64,000 nt of DNA from Clostridia bacterium (GTDB taxonomy: Bacteria; Bacillota; Clostridia; TANB77; CAG-465). The notes beneath the pieces are model-generated. The model made no database searches and had not been told where the DNA came from. It was given only the letters and a program-made list of their open reading frames with translations. The DNA lies in NCBI GenBank assembly GCA_045536565.1, contig JAZSNU010000011.1:1-64000 (forward strand), given 5' to 3'. Position numbers and translations under genes: made by a program. Shown here in pieces: positions 51,737 through 62,036 of the stretch (positions are counted from its first letter, which is position 1; every line of letters starts with the position of its first letter).

Positions 51737-53566
51737 ATGAGTATATACAAAAAAGGTATTAATACACTAGATTCAGTAAGGAATTTAGAATATGTAATGT
51801 CTAATAATTCTGGTATATACATGAGTCAAGCCGTGATAGGTGAAAATGTGGCACCTTACCACGGCTTATTCATAAAACAGAATGAAAAACAAGATGAAAT
51901 ATATTTATCAAAATTAATAGAGCAAATAAAAATAGGTACTAAACTATACACGATTTCAGATTTGTGTACAAATGAAGAAAATTATGGTGGTGTAGAGTAT
52001 TTAGAAAGTTTCGATAGGTACCCAGTACCAAGTTTTAAATATAATATAAATAGTGAGGTGTGTTTTGAAAAGACATATACCATGTCACCAGATAATGTAC
52101 TTTGCATAAATTATGACATAGAAAATATGGGTACAGAAAAGGTAAATATTAAGGTTTTACCACTTGCAAATAAAAGAAATATATTTAATCCTAAAAGAGA
52201 GAGCATGTTAAAATTAAATGCAGATAAAGTAGAAGATGGATGTAAGGTGACTTTAAGTATATTAGAAAAAAAATATCTGTATTTGAAAAGTTTAGAATCT
52301 AATTTTGTATTAAAGCCACACTATATAAATGGTATAAATTATACATATAGTCTATCTAAGGATGATACAAAAACATATTTGGAGGATGTATATGTTCCTG
52401 GGTATTTTGAGTTTAATATAAAACCAAAATCAAAATTTAATGTTAGTATATTTGTGTCTTTAAATGATATTGATATACTAAAAAAAGAATATAACCAAAG
52501 AATAATGTACAATAATCAAATAGAAAAAAATAAAATGATGACTATTGGAATAGATGAAAATTTTTATGAATTAAAGCATCTTGCGCTTTCAGCAGGTGAG
52601 TTAAATTATATAGACAACGAGCAGAAAAAATTTGTGCTTTTAAATAGCATGCCAAATGTGTATAAAAACTCTGAGCATCTAAAACAAACTATAAAATCCA
52701 TTCACGGTAACTATATCTTGTTAAACAGAAATAAAGAAGCATATAGGATATTAGATAGTATAAAATATAGGATAGAAAAGGAAAAAGAAGAATATACAAA
52801 AAAAGATTATTACGAGATACTTTTCATGTACATTGAAGCGTTAGCAAAATATTTTAATTTAGAGGTAGCATCGGCAAAAGAAAAAATTGATATTTACATG
52901 TATGTTAGAGAAAAGATAACAGAAATTTTAAATAATGATAAAGATTTTAACATATTAGATGAAAGCTATATAGTAACAATAGATGATAAAAAATATCTAG
53001 CAGTTAATATCTATTGGTATAACGCACTTAAAATATATTTAAATATATCAGAGCCAAATGATGAATATGCATCCAAAGTATATGAAATAACAGAAAAGCT
53101 TAAAGATAATTTAATAGATGTTTTTTATGATGATGAAAATAGAGTGCTAAAATATGAGGCATCAGAAGATGCATATGCAAGTTCAGATATGCTACTTGCA
53201 ATGGATTTAAGTAATCCTTTAATACATGATAAAATAGCAATGAAGGTTATAGATACTGCATTTAAAGAATTATACACACCGTATGGAATTAGAAATTTCT
53301 CAATAAAATCAGATAAGTATGATGGTTATGTTTATCCATATCTCATGGCATCATTTGTAAATGGTAATTTAAGATTAAATGGTGTAACAAGGGCAAGTCA
53401 AAAAATAGCATATAATTTGGTAAAAGAATTACTTATGGAAATAAACAAAAAGACAGTAGGTACAATTAAATATAGATATGATGAGAAAAGTAAAAAAGCA
53501 TATGGAATGCCAATAAATTCACTAACAAATTCTGAGATAATTAGGTTATATAATATGCTTATATAA
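51737..53566 (+). CDS. Degenerate archaeal-type glycogen debranching enzyme homolog
   Basis: EYVMSNNSG, YHGLF, EDVYVPGYF (GDE N-terminal domain); NIYWYNAL, LYTPYGIR (GDE C-terminal domain). Confidence 0.72.
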   Translation: MSIYKKGINTLDSVRNLEYVMSNNSGIYMSQAVIGENVAPYHGLFIKQNEKQDEIYLSKLIEQIKIGTKLYTISDLCTNEENYGGVEYLESFDRYPVPSFKYNINSEVCFEKTYTMSPDNVLCINYDIENMGTEKVNIKVLPLANKRNIFNPKRESMLKLNADKVEDGCKVTLSILEKKYLYLKSLESNFVLKPHYINGINYTYSLSKDDTKTYLEDVYVPGYFEFNIKPKSKFNVSIFVSLNDIDILKKEYNQRIMYNNQIEKNKMMTIGIDENFYELKHLALSAGELNYIDNEQKKFVLLNSMPNVYKNSEHLKQTIKSIHGNYILLNRNKEAYRILDSIKYRIEKEKEEYTKKDYYEILFMYIEALAKYFNLEVASAKEKIDIYMYVREKITEILNNDKDFNILDESYIVTIDDKKYLAVNIYWYNALKIYLNISEPNDEYASKVYEITEKLKDNLIDVFYDDENRVLKYEASEDAYASSDMLLAMDLSNPLIHDKIAMKVIDTAFKELYTPYGIRNFSIKSDKYDGYVYPYLMASFVNGNLRLNGVTRASQKIAYNLVKELLMEINKKTVGTIKYRYDEKSKKAYGMPINSLTNSEIIRLYNMLI

Positions 53567-53583
53567 AGAAAAGAGGAAAAAGT

Positions 53584-54159
53584 ATGATAGTACTTGGGAT
53601 AGATCCTGGTTTTGCAAGATTAGGTTATGGTATTATTGATTATTCAAATAATAAATATAAAGTGATAGAATATGGAACAATATCTACCAAAGCAGGTGAA
53701 CCATTAGAAGAAAGACTAAGAAAAATAAACCAAGATTTAAATGAGATTATATCAAAGTATAAAATAGAGGCAGCATCTATTGAAGAACTGTTTTTCAATA
53801 CTAATACAAAAACTGCTATACATGTTGCAGAAGCAAGGGGAGTAATTTTGTATACAATAGCAGCAGCAAATATACCAATTAATGAGTATACACCTCTTCA
53901 AGTAAAACAAGCATTAGTAGGATATGGTAGGGCAGATAAAAAACAAGTTATGGATATGGTAAAAAGGACATTAAAATTAGAACAAATGCCAAAGTTAGAT
54001 GATACAACAGATGCATTAGCACTTGCCATATGTTACATATATAGTTATAAATATGAAAGGTTTGATAAAAAAGGCGGAGGTAATAAATTAGAACTTTTAA
54101 TAAAAGAATATGAAAATAAAGAAAAAAACAGGATAAAAAAGAATTGTAAAGGTAAGTAA
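53584..54159 (+). CDS. ruvC: Crossover junction endodeoxyribonuclease RuvC
   Basis: LGIDPG, IEELFF, EYTPLQVK, DDTTDALALA. Confidence 0.96.
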   Translation: MIVLGIDPGFARLGYGIIDYSNNKYKVIEYGTISTKAGEPLEERLRKINQDLNEIISKYKIEAASIEELFFNTNTKTAIHVAEARGVILYTIAAANIPINEYTPLQVKQALVGYGRADKKQVMDMVKRTLKLEQMPKLDDTTDALALAICYIYSYKYERFDKKGGGNKLELLIKEYENKEKNRIKKNCKGK

Positions 54160-54222
54160 CAGCAAGTCTAAAATAACATATAATACACTAAATAGATTAA
54201 AATTCTAGGAGGTGTATTTTTT

Positions 54223-55194
54223 ATGTCCTTAGGACTTGCATTAAGTGGAGGTGGTGCAAAAGGAGCAGCACATATAGGTGTTATAGAAGCCTTAATGGAT
54301 AATAATATAAAAATAGATTACATATCAGGAACAAGTAGTGGAAGTATAATAGCAGCAATCTATGCAGCAGGTTATACACCAAATGAGATGCTTAGGATAA
54401 TAACAAAGGTGATGAAAAATGGTAGGATAATAGATTACGATAGAGGGGTAGCCTTTAAACTAATGAGCGTACTATTTTCAAAAAAGATTAATCTTTCTGG
54501 CTTTATAAAAGGAGATAGGATTGAAAGAGTAATTAGAGAGTATATGAACATGAAAGGTATTAAAGATATATGTGATATTAAAATGCCACTTGCAATACCT
54601 ATTGTAAATGTAAGAACAGGCGAAGTTGTATATTATACAAATGATCCGGTAAGATTTGTGCAGGATAAAGAGGGTATTTTTAAAAGCATAGAAAATAATA
54701 CATATATTGAAAATGAAGATGTTGTTCAAGAGAAAGCAAATATTAGTGATAAACATTATGATGATATTCCAGAATATAGGACAAAAGGTGATATAGCAGA
54801 CATTGTTAGAGCAAGCATAAGTTTTCCTGGTGTATTTAGACCAAAAAGAATAGATAATGAACTATATATTGATGGTGGAGTAAGGGTAAATACACCTGTA
54901 AATGTATTAAAAAGAATGGGGGCAGATAAAGTTATTGCTGTTTCATTTGATTGCAACAAAATAGATAAAAATAATTTAAAAAATGTTATAGGAATAACAA
55001 CACAGGCTTTTGATATATTAACACATGAAGCAAGTGAAAGTGAGCAAGATAATGCTGATATAAATATAAGAGTATGTGCAAAAAATATTTCTTTGCTTGA
55101 TTTTTCGAAATCAGTTTTTTTAGCAAAAAAAGGATATTATTTAGTAAATAATAATATAGAATATATAAAAAGCAAATTAGGAATAGAAATGTAA
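54223..55194 (+). CDS. Patatin-like phospholipase
   Basis: LSGGGAKG, GTSSG, DGG. Confidence 0.93.
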   Translation: MSLGLALSGGGAKGAAHIGVIEALMDNNIKIDYISGTSSGSIIAAIYAAGYTPNEMLRIITKVMKNGRIIDYDRGVAFKLMSVLFSKKINLSGFIKGDRIERVIREYMNMKGIKDICDIKMPLAIPIVNVRTGEVVYYTNDPVRFVQDKEGIFKSIENNTYIENEDVVQEKANISDKHYDDIPEYRTKGDIADIVRASISFPGVFRPKRIDNELYIDGGVRVNTPVNVLKRMGADKVIAVSFDCNKIDKNNLKNVIGITTQAFDILTHEASESEQDNADINIRVCAKNISLLDFSKSVFLAKKGYYLVNNNIEYIKSKLGIEM

Positions 55195-55277
55195 AAATAA
55201 GGGAATAATAAATTCATGATTTATCTTTCAAAATATAATAAATTTAATAGTTATATTAAAGAGGAGGAAGATAGTTT

Positions 55278-55826
55278 ATGAATACCATAGAAAGTTATGC
55301 AAAACTAAATGAGTTATGCGTTAATATGATACCGATAGGAAAGTCAAAACTATTAGATGATGCGGATTATGATTTCTATTTTGCTATATCAGATATATTA
55401 TCTAATCAAGTTGTAATGTCATCTGATAAAATAATGCATCATTCTAAAACTTCTTGTTATAGACATATGTTTAATGTTGCATATTATAGTTATAAAATGT
55501 GTAAATTTTTAAAACTAGATTATGTTTCTGCTGCAAGAGGAGCAATGCTACATGATTTATATCTATATACATGGCATAAAGATCGCGGTGTTGTAATGGA
55601 ACTTTTAAAAAGACATTTATGGGTACATCCTAAAATAGCACTTGTAAATGCACTTAAAAACTTTGAACTCAATGATATTGAAAAAGATATTATTGCAAAA
55701 CATATGTGGCCAGTTACTATTAAACTTCCTAAATATACAGAAACATTTATTGTGGGTATAGCAGATAAGTTTTGTTGTATTATGGAAATATTTCATGATA
55801 TATTTAGAAGAAAAGATAAAAATTAA
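55278..55826 (+). CDS. HD-domain phosphohydrolase
   Basis: HH..CYRH, RGAMLHDLYLY, HPKIAL, KHMWP, ADK. Confidence 0.9.
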   Translation: MNTIESYAKLNELCVNMIPIGKSKLLDDADYDFYFAISDILSNQVVMSSDKIMHHSKTSCYRHMFNVAYYSYKMCKFLKLDYVSAARGAMLHDLYLYTWHKDRGVVMELLKRHLWVHPKIALVNALKNFELNDIEKDIIAKHMWPVTIKLPKYTETFIVGIADKFCCIMEIFHDIFRRKDKN

Positions 55827-55915
55827 GATTAAGATAAGAGAATATATATAATATATTTCCTTGTCTTATTTTTTAATCCATGATATAATGACAGCTATAT
55901 TAAGGGAGGTAAGAT

Positions 55916-56797
55916 ATGTTTTTTTCAAAAATAAAAGAAACATTTACAAGTAAAATAAGTAATATATTTAGTTCAAATAAAGAGCTAGATGAAATAATAG
56001 ATGAGATAGAGGAAACTTTGGTTTGTGCAGATATTGGTGTAGAAACTGCCATGGAAATTTGTGACAATATAAGAAAGAAAGCAAAGGTTGAAAAGGATAA
56101 ATCAGAAGAAATTATAAAAAATATACTAAGAGAAGAACTTATTAATATATTGGAACAAGCAAATGAAATAAAAGAAGAAAAGATAAGTGATAAAAAATGT
56201 ATTCTTGTAGTTGGAGTAAATGGAGTGGGAAAAACAACATCTATTGCTAAGATTGCTAACATGTATAAAGAGCAAGGTAAAAAAGTTTTATTGGTTGCAG
56301 GAGATACATTTAGAGCGGGTGCAGTAGAGCAACTACAAATTTGGGCAGATAGATTAGATATACCTTGTATAACAGGAAAAGAAAATGCAGATCCATCTTC
56401 TGTTATGTTTGAAGGCTCTAAAATGTTCAAAGTATCAGATTATGATATTTTAATATGTGATACTGCTGGAAGACTTCATAACAAAAAGAATTTAATGGAT
56501 GAGCTTGATAAAATGAAAAGAACAATAGAAAAAAATATCGATAGTAATATTATTGAAGTATATATGGTTTTAGATAGCACAACTGGACAAAATGGTGTGC
56601 AGCAAGTAAAAAGTTTCTATGAAAGAACAAGTATTGACGGCATAGTATTAACAAAATTAGACAGTACAGCAAAAGGTGGAGTAGTATTTAGCATACTTAA
56701 AGAGTTAAATATACCAATTAAATATATTGGTACAGGAGAAAAAGTAGAGGATATAGCAGAGTTTAATGCTAAGGAATTTGTTGAAAGTATTGTGTAG
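55916..56797 (+). CDS. ftsY: Signal recognition particle receptor FtsY
   Basis: GVNGVGKTT, DTFRAGA, DTAGRLH, TKLDSTAKGG, GTGEK. Confidence 0.96.
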   Translation: MFFSKIKETFTSKISNIFSSNKELDEIIDEIEETLVCADIGVETAMEICDNIRKKAKVEKDKSEEIIKNILREELINILEQANEIKEEKISDKKCILVVGVNGVGKTTSIAKIANMYKEQGKKVLLVAGDTFRAGAVEQLQIWADRLDIPCITGKENADPSSVMFEGSKMFKVSDYDILICDTAGRLHNKKNLMDELDKMKRTIEKNIDSNIIEVYMVLDSTTGQNGVQQVKSFYERTSIDGIVLTKLDSTAKGGVVFSILKELNIPIKYIGTGEKVEDIAEFNAKEFVESIV

Positions 56798-56817
56798 AAT
56801 AGAACATCCTATCAAGT

Positions 56818-57396
56818 TTAAAGATAACTTGATAGGATGTTTAATATGTTTTCTACGCCTATTTTGTTTTCGCTAGAGAAAGCTACTATTTCACTATCTG
56901 CAAATAATCTTTTTCTAATTATTTGCATCATTTCTTCTGCTTTGGTTTTAGATAATTTGTCAGCTTTGTTTGCAACAATAGTACATGGTATTTGTTTTTC
57001 TGCTAGCCAATCGTACATGGCTCTATCATTTTCGGTAGGCTCATGTCTTATATCTACTAAAAAGAATATATGTCTAATATTTAAAGTTTTTTCTAAGAAG
57101 TTATTTGTTAATTTATTTATATTTTCTTTTTCTTTTAGTGACATTTTTGAAAAACCATAACCGGGAAGGTCAACTAAGTAAAATTCGTTGTTTATATTAA
57201 AGTAGTTTATACTTCTTGTTTTACCAGGATTACTACCAACCTTTGCAAGTTTTTTGTTATTTGTAAGTGCATTTATAAAGGAAGATTTGCCAACATTAGA
57301 TTTTCCAACCATAACAAAAGTAGGTAAGTCATCTTGTATTAAATCTTTATTGTTAAATATTGATTTTACAAATTTAGCATTTTTTAAATATTCCAT
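56818..57396 (-). CDS. engB: Ribosome biogenesis GTPase YsxC/EngB
   Basis: GKSNVGKSS, PGKTR, DLPGYG, NKADK. Confidence 0.95.
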   Translation of the reverse strand: MEYLKNAKFVKSIFNNKDLIQDDLPTFVMVGKSNVGKSSFINALTNNKKLAKVGSNPGKTRSINYFNINNEFYLVDLPGYGFSKMSLKEKENINKLTNNFLEKTLNIRHIFFLVDIRHEPTENDRAMYDWLAEKQIPCTIVANKADKLSKTKAEEMMQIIRKRLFADSEIVAFSSENKIGVENILNILSSYL

Positions 57397-57474
57397 AGTT
57401 TTTTATCCTTTCAAAAAATATAGCTTTCAAATATATATAAGTTATACTTGAAAGCTATTATTTAATATACTTTA

Positions 57475-58755
57475 TTATTTTGCTTTTGGTAACTCTATCT
57501 TAGTTTTTCCACCCATATAAGGAACAAGTACATCTGGAATAGTTACTGTTCCATCTTCGTTTTGGTAGTTTTCTAAAATAGGGATTAAAATTCTAGGTGA
57601 TGCAATAGCAGTATTGTTTAATGTGTAAACATATTTTGTAGTGCCATCTTCATCTCTATATTTTATATTACTTCTTCTTGCTTGGAAATCATTAAATGAT
57701 GAGCAAGAGTGAGTTTCTGAATATGCATTTCTAGAAGGCATCCAAGCCTCAATATCATGTTTCCTTATTTGTCCTATACCAATATCACCAGTACAAACTT
57801 GAACAACTCTATATGGTATTTTTAAATCTTGAAGAACTTCTTCTGAGTTGTTTAATAAGAAGTCGTGTATTTTGTATTGTTCATCACTATCAGCAGCACA
57901 AATAGCTACTTGTTCTATTTTAGTGAATTGATGCACTCTATAAAGACCTCTTGTATCCTTACCATATGTACCTGCTTCTCTTCTAAAACAGTTAGAGTAA
58001 CCAGCATAAAGGATAGGTAAGTCTTTTTTATCCAATGTTTCACCGTTATGATAAGAAACAAGAGATACTTCTGATGTACCAACTAAGTATAACTCGTCTT
58101 CTGTTATTGCATAGGCTTGTTCTCTTCCAAGAGGGAAGTAACCTGTTCCTCTCATTGCAATATCTTTTACCATAACAGGTACAGTCATAGGGCAGAATCC
58201 TTTTGATACTAATTTATCTAGAACATATCTACAAACAGCCATTTCTAAAAGTACAGCATCATTTTTTAAATAATATGTACGAGAACCAGCAATTTTTGAA
58301 GCATGTGCAAAATCCATTAAATCTAACATTTGACCTAATTCTACATGGTCACGAGGTTCAAAATCAAATTTTCTAATTTCACCCCATGTTCTAAGTTCTA
58401 CATTATCGTTTTCGTCTTTTCCGATTGGAACTTCTGGTAGAGTAGGATTTGGTACAGTAAGCATAATGCTATCAAACTCATCTTTTAGAGGTGCAACTTC
58501 TACTTCCATATTTGTTATTTGTTCTTTTAAACTTTTAACATAAGCAATTTTTTCTTGTTTTTCTTCGCTCGATAAGGATGGTATTAAGCTAGATAGCTTG
58601 TTCCTTTCTTCTTTTAATTCGTCTAGTTTTTGATTAAGTAATTTTAACTGATTATCAACTTCAAGTAATCTGTCGATATCTACATTAAATAATTTGTCTT
58701 GTGCAGCTTTTTTTACAACATCTGCATTTTCTCTAATAAATTTTATATCTAACAT
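57475..58755 (-). CDS. serS: Serine--tRNA ligase
   Basis: MLDIKFIR, GTSE, FRREAG, RVHQF, FQARR, ENYQ. Confidence 0.97.
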   Translation of the reverse strand: MLDIKFIRENADVVKKAAQDKLFNVDIDRLLEVDNQLKLLNQKLDELKEERNKLSSLIPSLSSEEKQEKIAYVKSLKEQITNMEVEVAPLKDEFDSIMLTVPNPTLPEVPIGKDENDNVELRTWGEIRKFDFEPRDHVELGQMLDLMDFAHASKIAGSRTYYLKNDAVLLEMAVCRYVLDKLVSKGFCPMTVPVMVKDIAMRGTGYFPLGREQAYAITEDELYLVGTSEVSLVSYHNGETLDKKDLPILYAGYSNCFRREAGTYGKDTRGLYRVHQFTKIEQVAICAADSDEQYKIHDFLLNNSEEVLQDLKIPYRVVQVCTGDIGIGQIRKHDIEAWMPSRNAYSETHSCSSFNDFQARRSNIKYRDEDGTTKYVYTLNNTAIASPRILIPILENYQNEDGTVTIPDVLVPYMGGKTKIELPKAK

Positions 58756-58898
58756 AATATTCCTCCTTAAATATACTACTTATTATATTATAATTATCCC
58801 AATATTTCAATTGTTTTATTAATTTAAAGATGAAAAAATAATGAATTTGAATAAAAAAATAATAATTACAAAAACTATTTATATATAATAGTGAAAGG

Positions 58899-59132
58899 AT
58901 GATAAAAATGAAAAGAAGAAAAGATAACGAATATGATGGGAATTTAAAAATAAATTGTAATGTATCTACTTGTGCTCATAACTGTGTAGAGGATAGTACT
59001 TGTTTATTAAAAGAAATAAAAGTGGCTAGAATAAAGGCAGATGAAAGTGGAGATGCAGATAAAGACACAGCATGTCATAGTTACAAATACTTAGGACATG
59101 AAAATTCTAGTTTGGGTAATTTTAGAATGTAA
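58899..59132 (+). CDS. DUF1540-like Cys-rich small protein
   Basis: INCNVSTCAHN..C...I.V...TACHSY. Confidence 0.78.
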   Translation: MIKMKRRKDNEYDGNLKINCNVSTCAHNCVEDSTCLLKEIKVARIKADESGDADKDTACHSYKYLGHENSSLGNFRM

Positions 59133-59158
59133 AAACTGAAAGAAAAGTGTAAAAAAAT

Positions 59159-59187
59159 AGTGTAAGGATGTTAAAATTCCTTACACT
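59159..59187. terminator. Bidirectional terminator
   Basis: AGTGTAAGGA...TCCTTACACT. Confidence 0.8.
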
Positions 59188-59203
59188 TTTATATATTCAT
59201 TTA

Positions 59204-61522
59204 TTATTTACTGTTTAGCACTATATTGTTATTATTTAACTCTAAAACATATTTCTTGTTTTCTTCTAGTTCATTTTTTATATATTTAAGAGCGATTAAA
59301 TCTTCAATATATTTAGTAATAGTTCTTTTTAATGGTCTTGCACCAAACTTATTGCTAAATCCTTTATTTAGAATAAACTCAGCAACTTCATCAGTATATG
59401 AGATATTCAAGTTTTTCTTTTTTAATTCTTCTATAAATTCATCTAAAAGTAGTTTGGTTATATTTAAAGAATCTTTCTTGTTTAATTTATTAAATACAAC
59501 TATATCATCAATTCTATTTAAGAATTCAGGTGAGAAGAACTCTTTTAAAGCATGACTTACTTTTGTTTTTAACATGTCGTCTTCAATATTGTTATTTGCA
59601 AAACCATAACCTTCGTTTTTAAAGTTTGTTCCAAGATTAGATGTAAGAACAATTATAGTATGCTTAAATGAAACGGTTTTACCTTGTGAATCAGTAAGTC
59701 TACCATCATCTAAAACTTGAAGTAGCATATTGAATATACTTGGATGAGCTTTTTCTATTTCATCAAATAATACAATACTATATGGATTTCTTCTAACTTT
59801 TTCAGTTAAATATCCAGCCTCATCATATCCAACATATCCAGGAGGAGAACCAATAAGTTTTGAAATGCTATGTTGCTCCATATATTCTGACATATCTAAT
59901 CTAATTATTGCATCTTCACGGTCAAATAATTCATAAGCAAGAGCCTTTACAAGTGCTGTTTTACCAACACCAGTAGGTCCTACAAAAATGAAAGATGGTG
60001 GGTTATCGCTGTTTTTAATATTAGCCCTTTTCCTTAAAATAGAGTTATATAGTGTAGTTATTGCGATTTGTTGTCCTATTATTTTTTTACTTAAATTATT
60101 TTCTAAGTTAAGAAGTTTTTCTGTTTCTTTTTGAGATAATCTAGATGCTGGAATATTTGTCCAAAGTTCAACAACTCTTGCTAGATTATCAAAAGACAAA
60201 ACAGGTTTTTTAGCCTTTTTATTTAAGTCAGATAAACTAGCCTCTAAGTTACATTGCATTGTCTTTAAGTTTGCTGCTTTTTCATATGTTTCAGGGCTTT
60301 CTGTGTCATTTATATTTGCAAGCTCAAATTCAGCATCTTCTATTTGACTAGAAATTTCTTCTAATTGTTTTTCAATGCTTTCTATTTTATTTAGTGTTTT
60401 GTTATCTAAGTATACACGAGAACAAGCCTCATCTATTAAATCTATGGCCTTATCAGGCAAAAATCTATCGTGAATATATTTTTTAGATAAGTTTATACTT
60501 TGAATAAGTGCATCATCTGGTATTATAACCTTATGGTGTTTTTCGTAGTATGGTCTGATACCTTTTAATATTTCTAGTGTATCGCTAAAATTAGGCTCTT
60601 CTAAAATTATAGGTTGGAATCTTCTTTCTAGTGCAGCATCTTTTTCAATAGTTTTTCTGTATTCTTTTAAAGTTGTAGCACCAATAATTTGGATATCACC
60701 AGTAGCTAGGGCAGGTTTTAGCATATTTGCTGCATTCATTGAATTGTCATGGTCGATAGAACCCATTATAGTATGCATTTCGTCTATTGCTAGTATTACA
60801 TTAGAGAAAGATTTACACTCATCTATAATTCCTTTCATTCTTGCTTCAAATTGCCCTCTAAATTGAGTACCTGCAACAACAGCAGCCATATCAAGTAGGT
60901 AGATTTGTTTATCTTGTAATCTTTGTGGAACTTGTTTATTTGCTATCTTTATTGCAAGGCCATTCATAACAGCTGTTTTACCAACACCAGGTTCGCCAAT
61001 TAGTGCAGCGTTATTTTTAGAACGACGGTTTAGAATTTGTATTAATCTTTCTAACTCTTTGTCTCTACCAACTACATTATCTAATTTACCTTCTTTTGCA
61101 AGTTTTGTTAAATTAGTACCATAAACATCCAAGTATTTAGCCTTTTTATTTTCCTTTTTTTCTTTCTTTTTAGTTTTAACAGTTTGTCCACTATTTTCTT
61201 CTATATCATCATCCATTGCCATATTTTCTGGATCAAAGCTACTAAAAGGATCAAATCCTAAATTATCAAAAGAGCCGAATATATTTGGCATAGAATCAGG
61301 ATCAAATTTTCCAAGTAGTCCTTCAAACTGTTTTGTGATATTTTCCATTTGCTCAGGAGTTAAATTATCTACTGAATCTACAACTGATTTTATAGGGTCG
61401 ATTCCTCTTTTTTTAGCACAATCTATACATAGTCCTTCACTAAATGTAGGTTTATTGTTTTCTTTATCAAATTTATTTACAAATATGACTGCCATATTTT
61501 TTTTACAAACAGAACATAACAT
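59204..61522 (-). CDS. ATP-dependent Clp protease ATPase subunit (ClpC/ClpE-like, N-terminal Zn finger)
   Basis: CSVC..CIDC; two AAA modules (GEPGVGKT, GPTGVGKT); ATG at 61522 after GGAGG. Confidence 0.93.
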   Translation of the reverse strand: MLCSVCKKNMAVIFVNKFDKENNKPTFSEGLCIDCAKKRGIDPIKSVVDSVDNLTPEQMENITKQFEGLLGKFDPDSMPNIFGSFDNLGFDPFSSFDPENMAMDDDIEENSGQTVKTKKKEKKENKKAKYLDVYGTNLTKLAKEGKLDNVVGRDKELERLIQILNRRSKNNAALIGEPGVGKTAVMNGLAIKIANKQVPQRLQDKQIYLLDMAAVVAGTQFRGQFEARMKGIIDECKSFSNVILAIDEMHTIMGSIDHDNSMNAANMLKPALATGDIQIIGATTLKEYRKTIEKDAALERRFQPIILEEPNFSDTLEILKGIRPYYEKHHKVIIPDDALIQSINLSKKYIHDRFLPDKAIDLIDEACSRVYLDNKTLNKIESIEKQLEEISSQIEDAEFELANINDTESPETYEKAANLKTMQCNLEASLSDLNKKAKKPVLSFDNLARVVELWTNIPASRLSQKETEKLLNLENNLSKKIIGQQIAITTLYNSILRKRANIKNSDNPPSFIFVGPTGVGKTALVKALAYELFDREDAIIRLDMSEYMEQHSISKLIGSPPGYVGYDEAGYLTEKVRRNPYSIVLFDEIEKAHPSIFNMLLQVLDDGRLTDSQGKTVSFKHTIIVLTSNLGTNFKNEGYGFANNNIEDDMLKTKVSHALKEFFSPEFLNRIDDIVVFNKLNKKDSLNITKLLLDEFIEELKKKNLNISYTDEVAEFILNKGFSNKFGARPLKRTITKYIEDLIALKYIKNELEENKKYVLELNNNNIVLNSK

Positions 61523-61740
61523 TTTTATATTACCTCCAATTAATTTACAAAGTATATCATAAAACGAGGATAAATACAAGCTTAATGGCATGTCTAAAAA
61601 TGTAAAAAGTGTTTGTGAAACTATTTAAAGAAACGAATATAATTAAATGTAATTTACATAATAATAAAAATGTGATATAATCATATAAGATCAACAAAAC
61701 TATGTATTAATTTATAATTAAGTTATGGGAGGAAAAAAGA

Positions 61741-62028
61741 ATGAGTAATAGAAGTAAAACAAGAAAATATGATGAAAGAGTTAATGATGTCAAAATTATG
61801 GGAAAGTATATTGTTGAAAATAGCGCAACTATACGGCAAGCAGCAGATTACGGTGGAATAAGTAAAACAGTATTACATAAAGATATAGAAAATATCCTTT
61901 CAAAAGAGGATTCAAAACTGTATGATAAAGTAAGAAAAGTTCTTGACAAAAACAAAGCAGAAAGACATAGTCGGGGAGGATTAGCAACAAAAATAAAATT
62001 TGCTAAGGATAAAAATAACAGAGATTAA
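61741..62028 (+). CDS. spoIIID: Sporulation transcriptional regulator SpoIIID
   Basis: YIVENSATIRQAA..GISKTVLHKD..NKAERHSRGGLATK. Confidence 0.9.
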   Translation: MSNRSKTRKYDERVNDVKIMGKYIVENSATIRQAADYGGISKTVLHKDIENILSKEDSKLYDKVRKVLDKNKAERHSRGGLATKIKFAKDKNNRD

Positions 62029-62036
62029 AATCTCTG

